IMG/VR virus record: IMGVR_UViG_3300025723_001133
Coordinates: 1 to 33,938 of that record
Length of the DNA: 33,938 bases
Reading direction: 5' to 3' (one strand)
DNA from: a virus
Lineage: Duplodnaviria; Caudoviricetes
The notes below the pieces were generated by a model. The model ran no database searches and was not told the origin of the DNA. It saw nothing but the letters and a program-made list of their open reading frames with translations. A program made the translations under genes and the position numbers. Position 1 is the stretch's first letter, and every line of letters starts with the position of its first letter. Positions 8,792-15,961 of this stretch are shown here, one piece after another.

Positions 8792-9275
8792 TGCGTTTTT
8801 TCCTTTGTTTTTTAATCGCTAATGCTAATTTTAACGGACTGATATAATCTGTAAAACACACTCCGTCCAAATGGTCCAGTTCGTGTTGAAAACATCTTGC
8901 ATCTATCCCCGATAACTCTATTATACAGTCTTTACCTTTTCTGTCAAGGTATCCGACTGTAATAGTTTGTTGACGTTTTACGTTGAAAAATAAATCGGGA
9001 AAGCTCAAACAACCTTCTTCTCCTTCTACAATAGTTCCGTCACCTTTTATTATATGTGGGTTAAACATACAAAATGGAACCTGATCTTTGAGACAAATAG
9101 CAAAAACTCGTTTGAGTAATCCTATTTGATTTGCAGCTAGCCCGAGTCCGTTATTTTGAATCATAAGCTGAACCATATCAACTTCTAGTGCTTCTGCACC
9201 AGTGTCTGTTTCAAAATTCCAGTCTTCCGCTTTTTGTTTTAATACTGTGTTAGGAAATTTTATTAATTTCATCAT
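8775..9275 (-). CDS. def: Peptide deformylase
   Basis: All three PDF motifs are present: GLGLAANQIG, EGCLS, QHELDHLDG. Confidence 0.95.
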   Translation of the reverse strand: MMKLIKFPNTVLKQKAEDWNFETDTGAEALEVDMVQLMIQNNGLGLAANQIGLLKRVFAICLKDQVPFCMFNPHIIKGDGTIVEGEEGCLSFPDLFFNVKRQQTITVGYLDRKGKDCIIELSGIDARCFQHELDHLDGVCFTDYISPLKLALAIKKQRKKRNGRTK

Positions 9276-10110
9276 TAAGTTTTTGTAACTCCGCCACTAG
9301 TTTTAAATCTGTAACTTTTGGTGTTCTTATATTAATAACACTAACAAATCTTCCCTTTACTCCAGTATTTACATTTGGAAAACCATTTCCGTTACTGGCA
9401 AATTCGACACCTGTTTCTACTCCTGGGCGTACTTCTAAATCTAATACAGTACCTGCTAGTGTAGTTACATTCTTTCTACATCCAATCATAGCCTCGATTG
9501 GGTTGATGTTTACCTTAGTATAAACATCATCGCCTCTGCGTTCGTATCTAGGATCAGGAGTTACAAGTATAGTAACATTAAGGTTACCTCTGGGCATATT
9601 AGGAATGCTGTCATCGCCCAGTCCGTTGTAGCGTATGGTATCACCGTGTGTGATACCAGCTGGCACGTTAATAACAACATTTTGATTGCGGCCACTAGGC
9701 AATCTGTAATTTGCTTCTAGTTGTTTGCCTGCAAATGAGTCTGCAAAAGAAACAGTACATTGGATATTCAAATCTCTGTTTCTACGCATTTGTCCTCGCA
9801 TTTGTCCAAAAATATCGCCAAACGGATGGCCACCGCCAAAGCCGCCAGTGAACATATGGCCAAACGGATCAAACCCTGGACCGCCTCCAAAGTTAAATGA
9901 TTGCCCGCCACCAAACTGTCGTTGTTGATCGTATTCGGCTTTTTTTTGGGCATCGCTTAGTGTGTCGTAGGCAACACTAATGTCTTTGAACTTGGCTTGA
10001 TCTCCACCCTTATCTGGATGATGTTTATTAGCCAAGCTTCGGTATGCTTTTTTAATTTCGTCTGGGCTAGCGTTTTCGCTAACACCTAATGTTTGGTAAT
10101 AATCAGTCAT
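9250..10110 (-). CDS. dnaJ: DnaJ-class co-chaperone (type II/CbpA-like, no zinc finger)
   Basis: J-domain DYYQTLGV...HHPDKGG, a G/F-rich linker and a C-terminal DnaJ domain; no CxxCxGxG repeats. Confidence 0.9.
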   Translation of the reverse strand: MTDYYQTLGVSENASPDEIKKAYRSLANKHHPDKGGDQAKFKDISVAYDTLSDAQKKAEYDQQRQFGGGQSFNFGGGPGFDPFGHMFTGGFGGGHPFGDIFGQMRGQMRRNRDLNIQCTVSFADSFAGKQLEANYRLPSGRNQNVVINVPAGITHGDTIRYNGLGDDSIPNMPRGNLNVTILVTPDPRYERRGDDVYTKVNINPIEAMIGCRKNVTTLAGTVLDLEVRPGVETGVEFASNGNGFPNVNTGVKGRFVSVINIRTPKVTDLKLVAELQKLNDEINKIS

Positions 10111-10142
10111 AGTCGTAAAAATAGGTCCAATCTAATATAGTA

Positions 10143-10171
10143 ATTATACTATCTTAAACGGGACCTGTCAA
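10143..10171 (-). promoter_or_regulatory. Consensus sigma70 promoter for dnaJ-def-clpA
   Basis: Minus strand TTGACA (10171-10166), 17-nt spacer, TATAAT (10148-10143); a perfect consensus 32 nt upstream of the dnaJ ATG. Confidence 0.85.
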
Positions 10172-10180
10172 GATTTTGGC

Positions 10181-10363
10181 TTACTTTTTCTTGACTGGAG
10201 TATCCGGTTTAGTACCTTCTACTTTTTCGCCGTCAAATTTCTTGTGATGCTTAACTTCTTTTTTAGCTGGAGCTTCTTTTTTTACAGGAGCTTTTGCTTT
10301 TTCTGTGGCCATCGCTGATGATGCAACTACTGCTACTACTAATAATGCTAATAATTTTTTCAT
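10181..10363 (-). CDS. Small Lys/Ala-rich exported protein
   Basis: Signal peptide MKKLLALLVVAVVASSAMA (AxA site), then a basic low-complexity peptide containing KHHKK; AAGGA SD upstream. Confidence 0.75.
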   Translation of the reverse strand: MKKLLALLVVAVVASSAMATEKAKAPVKKEAPAKKEVKHHKKFDGEKVEGTKPDTPVKKK

Positions 10364-10374
10364 TTTGGTTTCCT

Positions 10375-11118
10375 TTATAGTGCTGGTTGATCGTCTTGTG
10401 GTACTACTTTCTTTCCACTTGCATTTGTTGTAACCGGTTGCGGTGTGCTTGGCGCTCCAAATCCACTACTGAATCCGGGCGTTGCTGTTGCCGATGGACT
10501 TGGAGATGTGCTTCCAAAGCCGCCTCCGCTAGACCCAAACGCTCCCGCTCCAGTGCTTGTACTGCCGCCAAAGCCGCCTGTGCTTGGTGTTGATGAACCA
10601 AAGCTACTGGTAGCTCCGAATCCTCCTGATGACGTCGAGCCAAAGCCTGTTGACCCGCCTGATGATGAACCGAATCCGCCACTTGATGTTCCTCCAAATC
10701 CGCCTGTTGAACCACCGAAGCCGCCTGACATACCACCGCCCATTCCTGGTTGGTTACTTACATTTACCATACCTTGACCTGGCGGAACGTATGTTGTTCC
10801 TGCGCCTTGTGGGAATTGCATTGTAGGTCCAGCTGCACCGCCTAGTTTTTCTTGTGTGCGTCCATACGCACTAATACCAATAACAGCACCCATTGCGATG
10901 TGGAATAAACCAGCGCCCTGGAGTGTTAGTGGTTGCCATTGACTAGTTACGTTTCCGTGACTAACCATTTGTAATAAACTCCATAGAACTGGGAATCCTA
11001 CAAAATCCATTGTACAGACTAGCATATACATCCAGCCCATCATTGGACGCCATTTGCTGTTCATCCAATCTTCTTTTTTCTTCTCGCTTGCGGTCTGCTT
11101 AAAATCTTCATCTGCCAT
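10375..11118 (-). CDS. Holin-like membrane protein (GTA 3TM-holin-like) with a long Gly/Ser FG-repeat tail
   Basis: WRPMMGWMY...FPVLW and LFHIAMGAVIGISAYGRTQEK resemble the GTA-holin family; it follows the endolysin and spanins; AAGGAG SD. Confidence 0.7.
   Translation of the reverse strand: MADEDFKQTASEKKKEDWMNSKWRPMMGWMYMLVCTMDFVGFPVLWSLLQMVSHGNVTSQWQPLTLQGAGLFHIAMGAVIGISAYGRTQEKLGGAAGPTMQFPQGAGTTYVPPGQGMVNVSNQPGMGGGMSGGFGGSTGGFGGTSSGGFGSSSGGSTGFGSTSSGGFGATSSFGSSTPSTGGFGGSTSTGAGAFGSSGGGFGSTSPSPSATATPGFSSGFGAPSTPQPVTTNASGKKVVPQDDQPAL
10456..10725 (-). repeat. Imperfect coding repeat of 10 (G/S/A)FG units in Gly/Ser/Thr spacers
   Basis: GGFGGSTGGFGGTSSGGFGSSSGGSTGFGSTSSGGFGATSSFGSSTPSTGGFGGSTSTGAGAFGSSGGGFG...SGFG; 10 FG dipeptides counted. 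Confidence 0.9.
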
Positions 11119-11145
11119 AGTTCGCTCCTTTTGGCTTTATATACG

Positions 11146-11151
11146 TATTTA
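11146..11151 (-). promoter_or_regulatory. Putative late promoter core TAAATA upstream of the holin-like gene
   Basis: TAAATA 27 nt upstream of the ATG at 11118; overlaps the o-spanin stop codon. Confidence 0.45.
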
Positions 11152-11421
11152 TTTCACGCTATTGTATATTTTCTGTTGAGTATTGTACCAGTCCAACCAG
11201 TTATCAACTTTATCCTTACAAAGGTAATACTGATTATAATTTGCTGTTACGACTTCCAATGCATCGCTTAATTTTTGTGTTGTAGGATCTACAGTTGCTA
11301 AATCAGGACACGCTGTTTTTAGCTCGTCGGGTGTGCCTGGAAATTGCATAGATACGACAGTTTTGTTTGAAGCACACGCTGTTAACATAGCAATTACAGC
11401 TAAAATTAGTAAACGTTTCAT
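11149..11421 (-). CDS. Outer-membrane spanin (Rz1-like lipoprotein)
   Basis: Lipoprotein signal MKRLLILAVIAMLTAC (lipobox LTAC), a Pro-containing linker with CPDL, then a helix; coupled to the upstream membrane/coiled-coil gene. Confidence 0.8.
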   Translation of the reverse strand: MKRLLILAVIAMLTACASNKTVVSMQFPGTPDELKTACPDLATVDPTTQKLSDALEVVTANYNQYYLCKDKVDNWLDWYNTQQKIYNSVK

Positions 11422-11876
11422 TTAGTTGCTCCTAACGGATTCTTAGCCGCGTCATTGAGAATTTTAGTCGCTTCTGGATCTAATTTACAGTCTGCATCAA
11501 TTTTCTTTTCAACTTCTTTAATACGCTCTTTGATTACAACTTGTACATCGTGAATAACTTTAGTTTTTGTTACAATCTTGGTATGTAAATTGCCGTTAGC
11601 ATCTGTACTAGCAGTTTGTGCCGCCGCCATTTTTGCCTGCATTTCATTAATTTGTGCTTGATAGATAGCGGTAATTCCAGCTCCTCCATACATAAACACA
11701 CCTACTAGCATTACAGCAAACGAAACAGGTTTTACAAAAAACGCATAAGGTTTAATTGTAGGAAATGTATCGACTATTCTTGCTAAAAAATACGTAGTAG
11801 CACCTGCACCTGCAACAACTGGCCAAAGCCAGGAAGGTAAATTACTTAGGATATGTTCTATTAGCCAGGCAAACAT
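11418..11876 (-). CDS. Inner-membrane spanin (Rz-like)
   Basis: N-terminal hydrophobic segments, coiled-coil periplasmic part and a C-terminal Cys (ADCKLD); lies between the endolysin and the lipoprotein. Confidence 0.72.
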   Translation of the reverse strand: MFAWLIEHILSNLPSWLWPVVAGAGATTYFLARIVDTFPTIKPYAFFVKPVSFAVMLVGVFMYGGAGITAIYQAQINEMQAKMAAAQTASTDANGNLHTKIVTKTKVIHDVQVVIKERIKEVEKKIDADCKLDPEATKILNDAAKNPLGATK

Positions 11877-11879
11877 ATA

Positions 11880-12506
11880 TTAACCTACAAGTATTGAATG
11901 TGCTTGCGCGGTGTGTTGCTTACGTTCGTCTAACCCTAGTGTTCCACCGTTAATCTTTTTAGTTAGACCAAGCACATCTCCGTTATCAGCTAATGCGTTT
12001 AGGTTGTTGCTTTCCCAGAACCAGCAAGCTGATTGAATAGCACCTTCGAATGTTCCTAAGAATTCAGGAACTTCTTCTACTGGTGTATCAATGCTTTGTG
12101 CAAAACGACTGTAATTATCCTTACCAGTAATTTGAATCAGTCCACGACCACAGAACTTCCAGCCATCGCCACTTTCTTCTGGACCGTTGCCCATACGATT
12201 GGCATACGCTCTATTAGCAATTTTTTCTGGTTGGTGAGCATAGTCATTTGCATTACTTTCATTAAAGTAGTGAGGCCATACTTTGCATAGTGTTTCTGGA
12301 CGGTAGTTTAAATTTTCCACAAGTGCTTTGTATCCAGCACTTTCTACCATTGTCTGTCCTAAGAAGCAAGCCACACGTTCTGGTGTATTGATATCGTAGT
12401 CTGGTAAAATTTTGCACAATGCTTCGTGCCAATGCTCTGAGTATGGATTATTTTGTAGTATCGCTGTGCATTTTTCTAATGAAAAATCAAATGTAAAATC
12501 TGCCAT
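11880..12506 (-). CDS. Endolysin, glycoside hydrolase family 19
   Basis: Motifs FLGQTMVES, ENLNY, YANRMGNG, GRGLIQITGKDNY, SACWFW and TKKINGG are typical of GH19 phage lysins. Confidence 0.92.
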   Translation of the reverse strand: MADFTFDFSLEKCTAILQNNPYSEHWHEALCKILPDYDINTPERVACFLGQTMVESAGYKALVENLNYRPETLCKVWPHYFNESNANDYAHQPEKIANRAYANRMGNGPEESGDGWKFCGRGLIQITGKDNYSRFAQSIDTPVEEVPEFLGTFEGAIQSACWFWESNNLNALADNGDVLGLTKKINGGTLGLDERKQHTAQAHSILVG

Positions 12507-13240
12507 TATTGTATCCTTTCAAGTGCAACGGCCCAGCCGCTGTTTTCAAATATAAATGTACTACCAATTTTGGTAATGTTGTAATTTCCAATAACCTTAG
12601 TTAGGAACATTACTTCGGCCATATCCTTACTTTCTAAGATAATAGGGCCTTTGACGTTATCGTATACTTCTTGTTTTCTTCCACTAGCTAAAATATTGAA
12701 ACTAACTGGACCGCTGTATGCTCTTTTAAATGTAATACTTTCTCCAAGCACGTTCAAACTTTCAGCGAAACTATTACTAAAGAAATTACTAAAATTATTT
12801 AACCCATTTTCTTGAGTGGCAATATCGTAGCTAGCTTTATCTTTAGGAACAGCTCTTTTTAAATTTTCTAGAGTAGCTTCTTTACTTTTAAAACTTTTAA
12901 AATAACGGAAACGCAATTCTTCTAAGCCAGTTAATTTCTTAAGACCTTCGACTAGTTCAAAAATTTGTTCAGCTGATTGACGTCCACGTTCAATTTCAAC
13001 GTAAACCCGGTATGTACCTTCGTCAGTTTCTCCTGCGGTAACATCGCCGTCCAAGACAAAATTGTAACCCATCTCGAAGAAATTTTCTAAATCTTTAGCC
13101 GGATCTTCTCCGTCTACTGTAAAACTTAAAACAACAATATCTTCGTCTTGACCAATTTTACTTTTGTAACTGTCAATTTCAAATACTTCGTCTACTAAAT
13201 CTCGTAGGTCATCCGCCTGCAAACTTTCGTTTAACTTCAT
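12506..13240 (-). CDS. Hypothetical phage protein
   Basis: 244-aa acidic ORF starting MKLNESL; coupled to both neighbours. Confidence 0.78.
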   Translation of the reverse strand: MKLNESLQADDLRDLVDEVFEIDSYKSKIGQDEDIVVLSFTVDGEDPAKDLENFFEMGYNFVLDGDVTAGETDEGTYRVYVEIERGRQSAEQIFELVEGLKKLTGLEELRFRYFKSFKSKEATLENLKRAVPKDKASYDIATQENGLNNFSNFFSNSFAESLNVLGESITFKRAYSGPVSFNILASGRKQEVYDNVKGPIILESKDMAEVMFLTKVIGNYNITKIGSTFIFENSGWAVALERIQ

Positions 13241-13803
13241 ACAGCACCTCCAGGAGCTGGTGGAGCACCACCGCCGGCGGCAGCTGGTGCAGCAGCGGCA
13301 GCTGGTGCGGCAGGAGCCGGAGCACCGCCTGCTGGATTGCTAGCCTGTGTTGGGCCTTGATTTTCTTTATCTTCGTTTTTCATCTTATCCATATAACCTT
13401 TGTAGATATCAAAGGCAATTTTCTTTGGCATTGTAATTTCTACAATCCAAATAGGTTTGCGATCTAAACGACCTTTCTTTGTGCCAGGCCGAATGTCTTC
13501 TACAGTACGAATTTCGCGTGGCTCTAACAAATGACTCTTTTGATATGTGACTTTACAGCCTAACTCTGTCAAACGTTTGCCCGCAATAGGATTAGGCATC
13601 TTGCTCTCTGGCCACATAAAACCAGCTGTAATCCAGTGGCGGTCTACCTTGGGTCCATAGGCTAATTCGCCGTCCTCCCAGTTTTCGTATACGTACATAT
13701 CCATTTGATCTAATACACGCTCAAAGTCCTTTAGCACAGCCAAGGATGAGTTGTTTTCGTATAGTTCTTCAATGTTTTTAATAACGTCTAAAATATCGTG
13801 CAT
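13237..13803 (-). CDS. Hypothetical phage protein with an Ala/Pro/Gly-rich C-terminal tail
   Basis: 188 aa, globular-looking N-terminal part, tail GGAPAPAAPAAAAAPAAAGGGAPPAPGGAV; TAAATA upstream. Confidence 0.78.
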   Translation of the reverse strand: MHDILDVIKNIEELYENNSSLAVLKDFERVLDQMDMYVYENWEDGELAYGPKVDRHWITAGFMWPESKMPNPIAGKRLTELGCKVTYQKSHLLEPREIRTVEDIRPGTKKGRLDRKPIWIVEITMPKKIAFDIYKGYMDKMKNEDKENQGPTQASNPAGGAPAPAAPAAAAAPAAAGGGAPPAPGGAV

Positions 13804-13828
13804 AGTGGATTCCAGAAACTTGTATACT

Positions 13829-13834
13829 TATTTA
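13829..13834 (-). promoter_or_regulatory. Putative late promoter core TAAATA (operon leading into the lysis cassette)
   Basis: Intergenic AAACCAGCTAAATA; the same 14-mer occurs at 20969-20982. Confidence 0.6.
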
Positions 13835-13881
13835 GCTGGTTTAAAATCATAACGTATCACTTTATATTTCTGCGTATTCGT

Positions 13882-13887
13882 TAAATA
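13882..13887 (+). promoter_or_regulatory. Putative late promoter core TAAATA upstream of phoH
   Basis: GTTAAATAATA on the plus strand of the divergent intergenic region. Confidence 0.45.
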
Positions 13888-13963
13888 ATAGTGTAGAACC
13901 TCTGTAGTTATCAGGGCGGTCACTACAAGTCCTACTTTAACAGTAAAGCAGGAGCACAACTAG

Positions 13964-14683
13964 ATGAGTAAACAACGAGTGAAAAAGCGTTTTACATCAG
14001 AAGTTAACATAATTGATTTTCAGCCATATCTTCCGGCGAAAAAGCAACGTGTCAGTATCAACGCACGTAACGTTAATCAAAAACTTTATCTCAGTAAACT
14101 TTATGACGAAACCAAAAGCATAGTGCTTGCCATTGGTCCAGCCGGCACGGGTAAAACTATGCTAGCCGTACAGTTTGGGATTAAGTTATTTCAGGAAGGG
14201 AAAGTTGACAAAATCATTGTGACAAGACCCGCCGTTTCCGTAGATGAAGATTTAGGATTTTTACCAGGTGACTTAAATGAAAAGATGGCACCTTGGACTC
14301 GTCCTATTTTCGATGTATTTGGGGAATATTACCAACAAAAAGAAATAGCCAAGATGCTAGAGGAAGGTGTTATTGAAATAAGCCCACTTGCGTATATGCG
14401 TGGACGCACATTTAAGAACGCATACATTGTTGCTGATGAATGTCAGAATACAACTGTAAATCAAATGAAAATGCTACTAACCCGACTAGGAGAGGGTTCT
14501 AAAATGGTGGTGACAGGAGATTTAGCCCAAGCAGACAGATTGAGCGACAATGGTCTGATAGATTTCTGTAATCTATTATCAGACAAAGAATATTTGGAAC
14601 ATATTGATTTTATTCAATTTGACACTAAAGACATCGAACGCCATAATGCTGTAAAAGAAATACTGGCAATATACGGAGAATAA
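13964..14683 (+). CDS. phoH: PhoH family ATPase
   Basis: GPAGTGKT Walker A, TRPAV, LGFLPGDLNEKM, AYMRGRTF, DECQN, LTRLG and GDLAQAD; AGGAG SD. Confidence 0.95.
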   Translation: MSKQRVKKRFTSEVNIIDFQPYLPAKKQRVSINARNVNQKLYLSKLYDETKSIVLAIGPAGTGKTMLAVQFGIKLFQEGKVDKIIVTRPAVSVDEDLGFLPGDLNEKMAPWTRPIFDVFGEYYQQKEIAKMLEEGVIEISPLAYMRGRTFKNAYIVADECQNTTVNQMKMLLTRLGEGSKMVVTGDLAQADRLSDNGLIDFCNLLSDKEYLEHIDFIQFDTKDIERHNAVKEILAIYGE

Positions 14684-14708
14684 AGTAGCAATACTTTAGA
14701 TAGTCAAC

Positions 14709-14734
14709 AAAAAGGGCCATTGCGGCCCTTTTTT
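14709..14734. terminator. Bidirectional intrinsic terminator between convergent phoH and clamp-loader genes
   Basis: AAAAAGGGCC-ATTGC-GGCCCTTTTTT: a GC stem with A/T tracts on both sides. Confidence 0.85.
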
Positions 14735-14735
14735 A

Positions 14736-15650
14736 TTATAAGTGTGACAAACGGATTAGTGTTGCCGCTAGATTAATTTCTGGATCACTAACTAGCGTGT
14801 GATCTACGAGACCTTGCTTGATAATAAGAATGGCATTATCTTGCTTTTTAGCATCTCCAAAGATTGCTACATTGTCGTACAACCAACGATAGATTTCTTC
14901 CATTTCCTCTGGACGAGCTTGCCCGCAAACAAGTTTACGTGCTTCAGAAATTTTACCAGCTTTAAATAATTCAACCATTTGAATTTTATAATCTGCTTCT
15001 CCAGTATCACCACGTTCTGGAGTATGCAACGAGCCGTCTAAACTATTCATTTGCACAGTATTGATGCACTTACGCAAATCTGGATATGTGGCCTTAACAA
15101 ACGTATCTAATGTATCAATTTCAAAATTAATATTTTCTGTAATTAAGATTTCGGCTACCCTAGCAGTAAACTCAGTAACGTCGACACGTTCAATGTGAAA
15201 ACCCTGACAACGTGAATGAATAGCAGGAATAATACGATTAGGATAATTGCACGTAAGAATGAAACGTGCCGTAGTGTGATATTCTTCCATAACACCGCGT
15301 AGCGCCGCCTGTGCGTTTGGAGATAAGTAATCAGCTTCATCTAATAGTACTACCTTAAAATCTCCAAACGGAATCATTTGGACAAAGTTAATAATCTTAT
15401 CCCTAACGTCATCAACGCTGTTTGTACGACTTGCGTTAATTTCTAGTACGTCGAGATCATTTACATCTAATTCATTAAACAAGATTTTGGCTAGAGTTGT
15501 TTTACCAATGCCAGCGTTTCCGCTAAACAATAAGTGTGGGATTGATTTTTGTTTAATCCAGCTTTGTACTTGCTCCTTTTGATGGCTATCTCTAAAAACA
15601 TAGCCATCAATAGTGTTAGGACGATATTTCTCTACCCAAAGTTCTTTCAT
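14736..15650 (-). CDS. Sliding-clamp loader ATPase subunit (RFC small subunit / T4 gp44-like)
   Basis: Start re-assigned to ATG at 15650 (MKELWVEKYRP, ATGA-coupled). Motifs PHLLFSGNAGIGKTT, EINAS, LLDEAD, AQAALR and SRC. Confidence 0.92.
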   Translation of the reverse strand: MKELWVEKYRPNTIDGYVFRDSHQKEQVQSWIKQKSIPHLLFSGNAGIGKTTLAKILFNELDVNDLDVLEINASRTNSVDDVRDKIINFVQMIPFGDFKVVLLDEADYLSPNAQAALRGVMEEYHTTARFILTCNYPNRIIPAIHSRCQGFHIERVDVTEFTARVAEILITENINFEIDTLDTFVKATYPDLRKCINTVQMNSLDGSLHTPERGDTGEADYKIQMVELFKAGKISEARKLVCGQARPEEMEEIYRWLYDNVAIFGDAKKQDNAILIIKQGLVDHTLVSDPEINLAATLIRLSHL

Positions 15651-15889
15651 ACTAATTCCTCGGCAATACCTAAAATTTCTGCTAGTACTAATATAAGACC
15701 AGCACCTTGAATGTATGGATTCATTTCTAACCAACCACCACCAGCAAGTGCCAATCCTGCGGCAATTCTAAATCCGCTCTTTATCATACTAACACTAGTA
15801 TGTGTAAAAAACTTTTTATTAGTTGGTGTTGCTTCCAGTACGCTTTTTGCTTTCTTAATATCTGCTACAGCTTCTTCGTGTGTGCTCAT
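15647..15889 (-). CDS. Small hypothetical membrane protein
   Basis: 80 aa with two hydrophobic segments, AAGGAG SD, directly downstream of a sigma70 promoter. Confidence 0.72.
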   Translation of the reverse strand: MSTHEEAVADIKKAKSVLEATPTNKKFFTHTSVSMIKSGFRIAAGLALAGGGWLEMNPYIQGAGLILVLAEILGIAEELV

Positions 15890-15907
15890 AAGACTCTCCT
15901 TTTATGT

Positions 15908-15936
15908 AGTATACAGGTGAAAACAGGGCTAGTCAA
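15908..15936 (-). promoter_or_regulatory. sigma70-type promoter with extended -10
   Basis: Minus strand TTGACT (15936-15931), 17-nt spacer ending in TG, TATACT (15913-15908). Confidence 0.75.
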
Positions 15937-15946
15937 TAGCCCTGTT
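15920..15946 (-). terminator. Intrinsic terminator after groES
   Basis: AACAGGGCTA-TTGAC-TAGCCCTGTT then TT on the minus strand; perfect 10-bp stem with a short U tract. Confidence 0.65.
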
Positions 15947-15961
15947 GCTCGAACTGTAATT

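Noticed and set aside
10387-10826. Overlapping alternative ORFs (10387-10593+, 10404-10736-, 10445-10777+, 10629-10826+), including a Pro-rich 110-aa ORF
   Set aside because: These are shadows of the GC-richer Gly/Ser repeat, which lacks stops in other frames; they have no independent expression signals.
13245-13335. GC-rich GCA/GCT/GGT repeat tract
   Set aside because: It encodes the Ala/Pro/Gly low-complexity tail of the 188-aa protein and is not a separate element.
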